A program made the position numbers and the translations under genes. Below, in pieces: positions 24,150 to 36,050 of a stretch of DNA of 64,000 nt (within the stretch, counting starts at the first letter, position 1; each line of letters starts with the position of its first letter). The stretch is from Gekko japonicus (Eukaryota). The DNA lies in contig NW_015174324.1 in NCBI RefSeq assembly GCF_001447785.1, forward strand, positions 276,004 to 340,003, given 5' to 3'. The notes beneath the pieces were generated by a model. That model ran no database searches. It had not been told where the DNA came from and worked only from the letters and a program-made list of their open reading frames with translations.

Positions 24150-24199
24150 CTTTGACAAGGGGAAAAGGGAAGGCTGAACCTATACAGATATTTTTAATG

Positions 24200-24400
24200 T
24201 TGTGGTGGTGGAAAGTGCCATCAAGTCACAGATGACTTATGGCAACCACACAGGGTGTTCAAGGCAAGAGACATTCAGAGGTGGTTTTCATTGCCTGCCT
24301 CAATGTCATGACCCTGGGATTCCTTAGAGGTCTCCCATCCAAATACTAGCCAGGGCGGACAAGATCCGACAAGATCAGGCTAGCCTGGGCTATCCAGGTT
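24200..24400 (-). mobile_element. 5S rRNA-derived SINE
   Basis: Reverse-complement relative of 61735-61910. Confidence 0.6.
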
Positions 24401-24762
24401 TAATGTTAATCTATAATAACGGAAGGATGCACTTCATTGTTTAAACTTTAATTATGTCTAATTAAAAAACCGTAATAAAACCATTAAAATTGGGTACCAT
24501 ATTTACAGTTTGTGATTAACACCGCATTCTGAATCCAGAAACTGAAAGTCAAACCTAAGCAAGATCCTTTAGCTGGATCACTAAGGATTGTGCTTGGTTG
24601 CTTATATGTGAAGCCCTTAAAACTCTCAGAACATACTATATAAATACTGAATATTAGTACTTACATACAAAAGTATGTGCTGTGCCACTGAGCTTTAGCA
24701 CCTTTTTAAACAGAAGAGTGAAATGCAGGTATCTCTGGTGATTGGCACACCCAATGAATTAC

Positions 24763-24874
24763 CTGGCATTTTGAGCCACTGATTCACACACAGTCTTGCT
24801 GCTTCTGTATCACTCTGTCCATGGATAAATTCTAGTTCTTGCAGTCCATGAGCATGCTGGGAGTCCATTTTTTC
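24763..24874 (-). CDS. ZNF451: ZNF451 exon 5 (EKMDSQHAHGLQELEFIHGQSDTEAARLCVNQWLKMP)
   Basis: 112 nt, AG/GT, phase 0->1; matches human QHAHGLQELEFIRGHSDTEAARLCVDQWLKMPG. Confidence 0.95.
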
Positions 24875-25564
24875 CTAATGATGGTCCCAATTATTAGAAA
24901 AATATAGGCCATTAATTTTGTTGTTAAATTTTCCATGTTGAATGAGAACTGATTAAGGCAAACACAAGAAGCTTGTATATTTACAAAAAAAAATTTACAC
25001 CAAAAATGCTGATAACAATGTCTTCCTTTAGCAATCTATATGGTTCAGAACAATAATTTTCAAAGGTCTACATCAATTACCACTACTATGAATGAATGTT
25101 TCTAATTTCTCATGGGAACCTGCTTTGATGATTCTCCTCCTAGATCAATACATCTCCTCCAGCTGCAACTTAGTGCCATCTGCATTATTAGCCTGAGCTC
25201 TCTAAAGTATTATAGATTTCTGTTACAGTTTTTGTAGCATCCATTTTTAGACACAGGCTGCCATAAGAACATTCCTTTTTATCTTAACCAAAAATTTGTG
25301 GCGGGGACATTATGGCTATGCTGTGCACTAAGCCAGCCCATTATAATCTATGTACTGAAAGATTCAAAACTAGATTTAATACAATAGCTCAGTGTTGGCA
25401 ATCTACTGCCTGCAAACCTTATAAAACCCACTGTTGTTTTTCTCCCAGTACAAGGCTGGGAAGGTGTCATCAAATAAATTTAGCAAGGGACCATGGAAAA
25501 AGTCACAACAGATTAAACACAGCACACAGACCTTCATGGCAAATTTCATACTCTTATAGAACTA

Positions 25565-26331
25565 CTAGGAATAAGGCCTGTTGTGGAAATAAATACAGTG
25601 AGCTCTAGAAAGAGGCTCTGCATGTATCATTTTTTGATAATATTTGATACCAATATTTAGACAATCGTATTGAAAAATATAAAAAGAAAAAGAATAAAGT
25701 ATAAAATTGTTTTACCATAAGCATATATTTATTGTACACAGTGATATATATTTTTGTATATAACCTCCAGGTGTAGCCTGAAGATCGCCGGTATCACAAC
25801 TGAACTCCAGACAACAGATATCTTCCCCCCTGGAGAAAATAACTGCTTCAGAGGTTGGGCTCTATGGCATTCTATTCAGCTGAGGCCTCTCCCCTCCCCA
25901 AACTCTTGCTTCCTTAGACTCCACCACAGAATATCCAGGGATTTCCCAACCTGGATCTGGCAACCCTAGTCAGGACTGGCCCCAATGAGTTCCCTACAAA
26001 GGCCTAGAAAGGACTTCCTTTCTTTGCCTTTTTACTGACAGAACCAAGTTTGGTTGCCTAGCAACAGCCACTGAGGGAAAAGTTAGTCCCACAGGAGCCA
26101 AGCAGGAGAACTGTCTTCATCAGGAGAGACAGCCATTTTGATACCTTATTCTGTGACGGAAAAGTGTCCAGGCTGGCAATGGGCGGGGGAGAGCAGCGGA
26201 CCCAGCACCCAGCCAATGGCATGCAAGTACTCTTGAGTGGCGGTTGCTGGGCCAATGGCTGATGGAGCACACTGCACAGCCAGTGTGTGAGCTGGAAATG
26301 GCCAATACGTAAGGGAATTATATATATAGGA
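25565..26331 (-). mobile_element. Complete non-autonomous Helitron (767 bp)
   Basis: Minus strand: A|TCCTATATATATAA 5' end; 3' imperfect hairpin followed by CTAG|T; A/T insertion site, no TSD. Confidence 0.8.
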
Positions 26332-27950
26332 TAAGCTGCTTTCTTTGGGAAAGCATATGTTACAGCCTTGAATAAAGTCGTAAGCCAACATTTGGTCCTT
26401 CTGTAGTCCCAGAATATGAATATATCTAATTCTCAACATTGCCGCATCTTTGGATACTTAAATCCAGAAACTAGAGCCACAAACGGCCAACACAGATCTT
26501 TCTACAAACCCAAGAAAAGCCCCAGGTTGGCAGAAAAATCTTAAATCTTAAAAACAAATCATTGCAAAGTTAACCCTCAAAAATGATAAAAGGAGTACCT
26601 CTAGCTTTAAGAAATAAATGCCCTTAGTGGCTGTTGCTAGAAAACTACAACAATATTGCCAGCATTCAAGCCTTGTTTTCTATTAGTAAAAGGCAGGTGT
26701 AGGTGACAAGGTTTTTTCAAGGGCTGTTTTGGCTTTTGAGGGAGGACTCATTGGAACCACACCTGGAAACAATAACTGGGTGTCTTGCTACCACACGACT
26801 TGCATGAACTACCCAGGCTCGGCTGCTTGCTACTGGTTCAAAAGCAGCTACACCACGAAAGCCAGTGTGGTACAGTGGTTAGCATTTCAGACTAAGATCT
26901 AGGAGACCCAAATTTGAATCCTCATTTGCTGTAGCTCACTGGATGACCTTGGGTAAGTCAAACACAGTTAGCTTAATCTACCTCACAGGGTTGTTGTGAG
27001 GACAAAATAGAGGAGAGGAGAATCATGTAAGCTGCTTAGGGTCTGCACTGTGTAAAAAGGAAGTGTATATAGGACATAAATAAAACAGCTGGATATGGGG
27101 CAGATAAAGGTACGTCATCTGGTAGGTGGGAAGGAGAGAAGGTAGCAGGAAAAGGAGAGAGGCTATGGGGGCTGCCAGAGAAGGGAAGAAAGAGGAACCA
27201 AAATGACCCTGCAATGGCCTACGTATCCCCTCGTTTTTAAATATATATATGTTTGTGTCTCTTTGTTCCTCTATCCTCACCTCCATCTCTTTGCAGAATT
27301 GCTTCGTAACTGTGCCATGTCATTTGTTTGTGAGATAACAAAGTTTGTTCGTTAGAAGCTGGACCAAGAACAACAAGTTCTTTGGAAAAGACCAGTCAAG
27401 GATGCCTGTATAACTGCTAGAATGTGCTATTTTAATGCAATGTAAGAGCCAAAATAAGAATAGTTTTACATGAAAAAGACAGTGCTAGTTTCAGAGTCTT
27501 GAGCAGCTTCTTCCTTTAAAGCCTTCCTAAGTGTAAGGGAAATGCTAGAAGCTGGCCCACAGCATACACTATAATCAGCATTTCCCTATTACAGCCACTT
27601 AGGGTTGCATGTAATGCAACATTTTTTCTTTCATTCATTCATTCATTCCAATCAAAGATCAGCCAATACAAACATATGAGCACAAGTGTAATGTAAAACA
27701 CTACAATAACAATTTTCAAATATTTTTGGCTTGAGTAATGCTGGGTGGGAAGCATACGAGAATCCAAGGAGCCATCACAGCCAGATAGGAACAGCTGCCT
27801 CCAATAGATAAATGTGGCCCCTGGGTCGCCTCCTCATCAAAAGTAATATGGCCAACAGTTGCATGTGGCATTTAGTCAGGTTTATGCCTTCGTATTATAC
27901 TACAAAATCAAGCCATGGTATTTTTGCCATAGCTTTGTAAAGAAACATAC

Positions 27951-28076
27951 CTTAAAAGCTTTGTTTTTCTCTTCTTTCAGCTGTTTCTCTACCTCTACAT
28001 GCCGCGCCAGGCGATCAAGGGTTGAAGCAACCCTTTCCTTCTGGTAGTCAATGTAGTCTTTGCATTTTACTTTTTT
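27951..28076 (-). CDS. ZNF451: ZNF451 exon 4 (coiled coil; KKVKCKDYIDYQKERVASTLDRLARHVEVEKQLKEEKNKAFK)
   Basis: 126 nt, AG/GT; near-identical to human IDYQKDKVALTLARLARHVEVEKQQKEEKNRAF. Confidence 0.95.
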
Positions 28077-29476
28077 CTATAAATTAAGAAAAAAGTATTC
28101 ATAAATGGCTAGTTAGTCAACACCATTACACAGTTCAACTAAATAGAGGACGAAAAATTCCAAGTAAGTAGGTTTGCCTCTTTATGGGACAATGCAATAT
28201 TCTTCTGGAGTTTTTTGAACTTTCTTCCCCTCTCCCACAACAATCCTCAAACAACATGGGTGCAAGAACAAACTGAGCTGCCTCACTAAGCTTCTATTGA
28301 ACTATGACAGTATAATACCATGGACCAATGTCTGTCAGGTGAATAGCCAAGATTCAGTTTGTAGTCCATAGGGCTGGATCCTGCTGATCCAATTTGCTAA
28401 CATGAGCTGATTTCCTCAGAGCAAGAGAACCTTCAAGCCTCATATCAAAGGAAGACTCCTATTGCCAGGGGAAAGCACTGCTGTTAGAGAAATGGGTCCA
28501 TGGATCCCATAGTCACAGTAGTCTTGGGGAGGTTTTATGGAGTTGGGATTGTTGGGGAAAATATGGAAAAGACAGCAGTTTTAAACCAGAATTTGTCATA
28601 GCAACTGAATTTGTTTTGCTGCTTGTGAGAATGATTAATTATGATTTTTTTTCTCTTCTTAATACAATATCTAAAAGAGACCACTTGTGGGCATTACATT
28701 GCCTCCTATAAACAGAAACAGTAGTCACATTACTCAATAGCAACAGTACAAAAACAGAAGTTCTGCAGTTTTTTTAAAACTAAAACCATCCAAAATATCT
28801 CAAGACAGTGTGCAAGTGTCTGAAGCCTCCAGAACACTTCATCTGGATGGATATTCAGTAGAAAAACAAAAGAGAAAACAAGTTGTTTCAACCACATTCT
28901 GAAAAGCCTGAGGTCTGCAGACTATAATGCAGGATGCGTTAAAAATCTAAGCAGATTAGATGGTGGTGGGTGCAAAACAGGTTTCTGTGTTGCACCAAAA
29001 GTGGCCAGCAGAAAAAGGAGAAAGGGGAAATTGTGGCATTCTCTTCTTCATGAACATGGAATATCATCAAACATTTTTCTGACACCAAATGAAACATACA
29101 GGTCCCTTAAAAGGAATAGAGCAAAGGGGAGGGGGGAAGGAGTATTTTATATTTATTTATTTATTAAACACTTATATTCTTTCATATAGTCATTATACTA
29201 ACAAAACTGGGAATCAATTTAAAGCATGGTTAGAGGGAAAAACAGCCCACTAAGCATTATGTCTACAAGACGCAAAGTTGAGATTTTCCCACCATTTCCC
29301 AAAACACTTATTTTCTCTTCCCCTCCCTTTTTTTGTACTGAATACTCAACTGGTGAATAATTCTGAAGAACTGAAACACACATTGTTGTGTAGTATTTTG
29401 GTTGGTCCTAATAATATCTCCTTATATATAATTGTATTTTAGGGTGACTCTTTCCTGAACATTACTCACGCTCCCA

Positions 29477-30220
29477 CAGCATTTGACTCCCACACCTGTC
29501 ACTCCAACAATGTGCCAATCCAGTGGCTGCATTGCTGGAGTCCCGCCCACAGAAGCAGCAGCGAGCGTCTCGGCCTCAGTGTCGTGTGAGGTAACAAGCA
29601 GGATGGACACTCTGGTGGGCGGAGGCTGAGAAGGCTGAGTCTTGTGTCGCCATTGGTCACAACGGCTCTTCCTATGCAGGCAGCGGCAGTTGCCACAAGC
29701 AGCCGTTCAGGGGAGCAGGGAATCAGCAGCCACGTGCAAGGCCTGCCAGAACAGCTGTTGCTGCCTCAGATCTCCCTTCTGCCACAATGGACGAGCCCCC
29801 GGCCAAAGCAGGGCCTTTCCTCACCGCTCTCAGCTGGGGAAACAAGGTCGAGTGCTGGCCCACCCCGCCGGAGAGTGCCAGGGAGGCGCCACTCGAGCTG
29901 TTGGACACCTGCAGATCAGTCGGCCAGCAGCTGCACAGCTGGCAGCCAAAGCTCCTGCCCTGCTGTGCCACCACTGCCTACCCACACCTCGCCACCACCT
30001 GCTGTCTCCGCCCATTGCCCCTTCCCCCAGCGAAGATACGCCACTGCCGCAGGCACTCCCTCCCCTGGCCCTGTCCTCACCTGTTGCCGCGCCCCCCTGC
30101 AAGCCAACATCTTTCTAGGGCACGTTGTATTGATTTTACAACGAGCTTTGCTACTAGTAATTAATAATTATCGTAGGGCATCGTGTTAGAATAGCCAGAA
30201 TATCCTAGGATTGTCTGACA
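29477..30220. mobile_element. Possible solo LTR (GC-rich)
   Basis: TGTCA...TGACA inverted ends; composition differs from flanks; no TSD found. Confidence 0.4.
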
Positions 30221-30984
30221 GCTGCAAGTTTTAGTTCTTAGTGTTGTGCTAGTGGTGATAAAAGGTAGTACACAATTGTTTTTGGACCTTTGCTTATAAA
30301 TCCTCCTTTAGCCACCATACAATCCATGTGGCTAAAGTGCTACTGATGAAGGGTTTGTTCCCCACACTGTTGGAATGTTGGTGGCATCGGACAAGCCTAG
30401 ACATTTAGTGTCAGAAACTTCTCTTTCTCTTACTATAAAATGTGTGTAGTAATAATTGCTTATTGCATGAGGCCGAAGGCCCTTACAAAGTTGGTCTAAA
30501 TAAAACACAGATAAAACATAAGAAGAATAAAAAAGATGAAGATAAAATGCCACACAATTAAAATGGATTACAAGACGACAGTTTTTTAAGCTTCAGACAC
30601 CATCTTTGCACATATTTGGCAGCCATAGCATATAGGCCTATCATAAAATGAAACATTGGACTTACTGTGAAGGTTTCTCCTCATCAGTGAAGGAAGGCAT
30701 CCTTGTACAGAATACTGAAAAGCACTATTATCCCAGGTGGGGAAAAATGGAAAGTAGAGAAAGTAAGGACCTACTTTTCTGATTTCTGTCTAAAGTAGCC
30801 ATAGCTGAGGAAAACATGTTTAGTTGGTAGTGTCTCACTGAACTAGAGGCCCTACCCATGCATGCAATGGAATCCAGAGATATGAAGACTGTTATCCTCT
30901 CAGGTAGATGTGGGAAATTCCCTGGACCTCTAATTTAAGCTAGACCCGTTCCATAGGATGACTGGGATAAGATAGATATCCTGA

Positions 30985-32690
30985 TGTCAGTTAGCATTGC
31001 CATTCTCTGGAATGTGTGGGAGGAATCCTCCTGGCCTCTGCCTGGTCAACTAATAAAGTCTACTGTCTGGGTTTTATCTGCTTTTGCTTTTCTGACCTTG
31101 GATGTGCCAGCTGCTACCGACTCGCTGGGAACAAACGGTTTCTACTTTGCCCGCTCTCTTTTCCCTGCGCACGCGGACATTGCTTATTGGCCATTGCTTA
31201 TTGGCCTTTGCCCACCCCCGGCCACCTGTGGGAGGTGATCTCCATGGATTTCATCACTGATTTACCTCCCAGCCGGGGGGAAACGGTTATATGGGTGATA
31301 GTGGATCTTTTTACCAAGCAAGCCCATTTTGTCCCATTTAAGTCCATGCCTACGGCTCGCCTTCTGGCCAAAGCATTTATCCAACAGGTCTTCAGGCTAC
31401 ATACTTTGCCCTGCAAGATAATCTCCGACCGTGGGGCGCAATTTGTTTCCAAGTTCTGGAAGGAACTCATGGACCTGTTGGGGGTGGAGCGGGGCCTGAG
31501 TAGCGCTTACCACCCAGAGATTGATGGCCAAACGGAATGGGTAAATCAAACCCTGATGCAGTACCTCCATTGTTTCACCAACTATCAACAGGATGACTGG
31601 GAGGGGCTCCACCCTTTTGCCGCGTTTTGCTACAATAATGCATGTCACTCATCTACGGGGGTCTCCCCGTTCATGGCTCTCTATGGATATAAGGCCCCTC
31701 CCCTCCCTTTCCTGACGGACTCTACCCTGCCTGAGGGGGATGTGGGGGAATGGTGTCAGCGTTTGCGGGACGCATGGCCGGTCCTGTGCAAGACTTTGGA
31801 TAGGGCCAAAGACACTTATAAAGCACAGGTTGACAAAAAACGTTCTGAGGGCTGGGACATCCAGCCAGGGCAATTGCTCTATGTTTCCACTAAGAACATC
31901 CAGGGTCTTCACCCTATGCGTAAACTGGGGTGGAAGTTTATCGGCCCTTTTCATGTGTTGCGTAAAATCAATGATGTGACTGTTGAACTGGAGTTGCCTA
32001 AAAATTTAAAGTTACTGCATCCCATTTTCCATTTCAGTCTCCTAAAACAGGATCCTGGACCTAATGTTTGGAGACCCCAATGAGCGCAGCCGCCTCCCCT
32101 GTTGATGCAAGGCAAACAGCATTTTGAAGTGGCCGATATTTTGGACTCCAAGCTTAAGCGAAATAACTTGTACTATTTGGTGGAATGGGCTGACTTTGGG
32201 CCGCAACATCATGAGTGGATGGAGGTGGGTTCACATGAAGGCCCCTTGTCTACTGCACAAGTTCCACCATCGTTTCCCGGGTAAACCGGGGGAGAGCTTT
32301 TGTGAGGGCAGGATGTCAGTTAACACTGCCATTGTCTGGAATGTGTGGGGGGAATCCTCATGGCCTCTGCCTGGTACACTAACGGAGTCTACTATCTGGG
32401 TTTTATCTGCTTTTGCTTTTCTGACCTTGGATGTGCCAGCTGCTACCAACTCGTGTGGGAACAAACGGTTTCTACTTTGCCCGCTGTCTTTTCCCCGGAT
32501 GCGCGGACACTGCTTATTGGCCTTTGCTTGTAGGGTGTGTGTGTTTTGAACCTAGTATAATTCAGGGTGCCTTGATGCTTCGGGCCATTCCTGAAACAAG
32601 AAATACACGTGTCGTAGTTATGAACTACCAATAAACAGAATTCTTCTTATGAAGCGCTGTCTGGTGTGATCTGACTATCAAACCCTGACA
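30985..32690 (+). mobile_element. Internally deleted Gypsy/chromovirus LTR retrotransposon (partial 5' LTR, integrase + chromodomain, PPT, 3' LTR 32314-32690)
   Basis: LTR repeat at 30985 and 32314; TSD cctga/cctgg; integrase motifs WEVISMDFITDLP, IISDRGAQF, HPEIDGQTE, KFIGPF; chromodomain FEVADILDS...YYLVEW. Confidence 0.92.
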
Positions 32691-33049
32691 CCTGGTCTCT
32701 GTGGAACAAAGACTTAACAGATGGCTATCTCCGTCTTCTCAGTATCTGAGGATGTTGTAGATCTAAGAATGGTCTCCAAGTGCCATGATTCTTGGGCATG
32801 ATGAACAGAGAAGGTCCTAGAAAACCTTATGCCTTCAGAACTAGTACCGTGGCTTGGTTCTTCCATAGGTATCTGGTGGCTTAGAGTCAAAGCCCATGTC
32901 ACATTGGCCTGTTGGATCCATGGAAGGAGACCTGCTCCTCAAGGTTGCATATGCCCTGCCCACGGAGCAAGGAGGCATGACCCATACACTCCTCCACTGA
33001 TTGAGAACGTGTCTTCTATGTTCATCTTTTACTGCCTCTCAAAAAGCAA

Positions 33050-33320
33050 AAAAGAAGAGTAGGTTTTTAGACCCCACTTTTCTCTACCTTGAGGAGTCTC
33101 AAAGCGGCTTATAATCACCTTTCCCTTCCTTTCCCCTCAACAGACACCTTGTGAAGTAGGTGGGCCTGAGAGGTTTGTGCGAGAACTGTGACTGGCCTAA
33201 GGTCACCCACTCTCTGGCCAAAGGTCACCCACCAGGCTTCATGTGGAAAAGTGGGGAATCAAACCCGATTCTCCGGATTAGAGTCCACCGTTCTTAACTA
33301 CCATACCACACTGGTTCTTA
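33050..33320 (-). mobile_element. tRNA-derived squamate SINE
   Basis: Minus-strand CAGTGTGGTATGGTAGTTAAG head with B-box; related copies at about 4160-4340 and 26860-27050. Confidence 0.6.
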
Positions 33321-34135
33321 GGTAGCACGGACTACAGAAACTAAAGGTTTCCCCAGAATTTGCAAACACATTTCTGGGGGGAGGGGGAGGACCCCAACTT
33401 TTTTACCATAGCTTCAGGTGTTTCAGAAATTTTACATCTCTATATTGGACAAAACATTCCAGTTGTACTGACGAACATATTTACTGAAATAACCAGCTAC
33501 CAGAGAGAAGCCAGAAAAGAGCAACCATTACCATACCTGGCAGGAAAAATTCTCATTTTCAAGGATTTCATTACAAACTTATCAAAGACATAGAACAGCA
33601 ATAAGCCCACAATTGTGACTATTTCTAGAAAGTTGATATTTCTACCCTTTACTGAAACTGGGGATCTGCTTACCCATTTCAGCAAATAAACAAGTATTGT
33701 TTTATCAGAGCAACCCCATTCATAGCACCCTGCACCTTTGCTTTCTTAGGGTATGAGGTTTTAATCCCAGCCCATTTCTCCTATTATACCTCAGCTGTTC
33801 AGAAGTGATGCAAAGAATGCCACCACCATCCCTTCTCCTTTCTATGGCAGCATATCAACTATGCAGATTCACTCAGCTCCCTTGAAACATGCAGCTGCAA
33901 TTTAAAAACTGCATGGCACACACAACTGTAGCTCTCATTTACATGGCATTTTTTTAAAAAAACAGTCTCCTTTAAGCCATCTACAATCTCAGATCTTACT
34001 ACAGAAAAAATGAGATTCAGGATACACCCCACATACAGTTGGCCAAACGAGTGCAAGCTTACAAAAATGAGGCAGATCAGAACAACTCCAAAGAAAACTT
34101 TTGCCCAAATATTTTAAGTATAATGTAATACTCAC

Positions 34136-34213
34136 ATTAGAAGAACTGCTAGATTCCTCATCTCCACTACTAACAAGGTCAATGCAGTCCAGGACAGGTC
34201 TTAATACAGCTTC
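34136..34213 (-). CDS. ZNF451: ZNF451 exon 3 (EAVLRPVLDCIDLVSSGDEESSSSSN; PxRP linker and SIM2)
   Basis: 78 nt, AG/GT boundaries; aligns to human EGPLRPVLEYIDLVSSDDEE. Confidence 0.95.
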
Positions 34214-35102
34214 CTAAGGAAGTAAACAAGCATTTATCTTCAGAGATTTCTCTATATAACAAAGAAATATTTTTATAAAACTCAGGTATCAATGCATTTG
34301 CCTAAACACAATTATAGAGCTGGGACACTGTTCATTTATTTGACTGCTTATTAAAAACAGTGGTCAAATATTCTGGGAATCTAAGAAAATCCCTATGTTG
34401 GCAGAAGCATACTCATTTAGTTGCATCATGGGCCCAATTCCCTCATTCTTAGGCAGTGAGATTGAAAGTAAATCGAGTTTATTCCCTTTTTCACTTAAGA
34501 TCTGTGACTAACAAAGTGGGTAACTGGTGTTAAGACTACAGGTGGATAGCCGTGTTAGACCACAGTAGCAGAACAAAATTCGACTTCTATAGAGTTTTCT
34601 TTATATCTGATGAAGTGAGCTTTGACTTAAGAGTCTTTCAGGTACTACTGGACTCAAAATCTGATACAGAATAAAGACTGTATGTTATTCTGTCTACTTT
34701 CAAAGAAAGCTGCTTCTACAATGTTTCAGAGGGAAAACATTATGGTAGAATCTTATATAGGTGGTATTTGGCTGTATGAAAGTAACAGGAAACAGTGCAC
34801 TGGATATTTGATATTTTCATGAATTGAGAAACATTCATAGATGGGAGATTTTTTTCTTTGTATTTTTGGGACAAAAGGTGCTGGTGAGATAATCTGGGAA
34901 AATCCTTCTGAAAACTGCTAAACTGACTTTTGATCATACACTAGATTATGACTATTAAATGGTATTATAAAAGACTTTAGTATTAAATGAACAGCTTACC
35001 AAGTAGGAATTTTAGTTTACTAAAAAGACTAGTATTAGTTTTGCTGTTAATGTATTGGTAGGAACAGCTAACTTGTGTTTTTCTCCCCTTCTATATGTAA
35101 GG

Positions 35103-35285
35103 AGAAAAGAGCAAGAGTCCAGTAGCACCTTAAAAAACTAACAAAATTTGTGGCAGTGTATGAGCTTTGTTGAGTCACTGCTTACTTCTTCACAAATTTT
35201 GTTAGTCTTCAAGGTGCTACTGGACTCTTGCTCTTTTCTACTGCTATGGACAGACTGACACGGCTACCCATCTTGATCTATATGT
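35103..35285. mobile_element. Penelope-like element remnant forming an inverted repeat
   Basis: GAAAAGAGCAAGAGTCCAGTAGCACCTT...ACTAACAAAATTTGTG arm and its reverse complement about 40 bp downstream; related fragments at 23480-23565 and 34535-34660. Confidence 0.7.
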
Positions 35286-35399
35286 ATGTGTACATGATAA
35301 ATACAGTAAAGGGAGGGACTTCACAAGCTGAAGCCACTTCACATTTAGATACAAAATGGTGGATACTCCTGAAACAGCAGACAACATTTCCCTCTAGAA

Positions 35400-36050
35400 C
35401 TACTTGAAACTCAGGCTGTAGACATGAAGCAGATCAAGGTAATTAAGGATGGCATGAAAGACTGTAAAGCGATTAAGACCAATGTAGAGCAGTTTGGTAC
35501 AGAACTCACGGATCTAAAAGCTTCATTAAATCAACTTGTGGCACACTTCAGAACAGCTGAGGATTAAATTCTCTTCCTACCAAGACTGAGCTACAACAGT
35601 GTTTTCAAAGGAAACCAAGGAAGCTTAAGTATTTGTAGATTAAAACAGCTGTTTTAGAAGTCTCTGCCCAAGGCAGAATATTTGAATTATTGGGTTTGAG
35701 AAGCCTGAGCAAAGAAAAGATCCGGTAATGTTCAAAAGTTTCTTTTAAAACATATGTCCAAGGTCACCAAACTCAATCTCTATCTACTGGTGACTAACCA
35801 CAAGCTATTCTCTGTAGACTCTTTCACTAGACAGCATTACGGGTGGAACACACAGCATCAATAATTATTAGATCCAGAACAAGCTGAAGTTAATATTTTT
35901 CATGACTGGCAAAGGATGCTGTTGATAAGGCAAGTATTTAACCAAGCTTGTGAGTTGGCAAGGCAGAAAAATAACCGTCAATCCCGATTTTTCCACTTGT
36001 GAACTAAAAACTGAAGATTTCTACAATATTATGAGAGGTTCACTTATTGT
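35400..36050 (+). mobile_element. Old L1/Tx1 ORF1 remnant
   Basis: Decayed coiled coil, RQNI*IIGF and SWQGRKITVNPDFS motifs typical of L1 ORF1p. Confidence 0.55.

Noticed and set aside
29642-30189. GC-rich ORFs in intron 3 as a possible LAP2alpha-equivalent exon
   Set aside because: Longest ORFs are antisense to ZNF451, low complexity and inside an LTR-like element.
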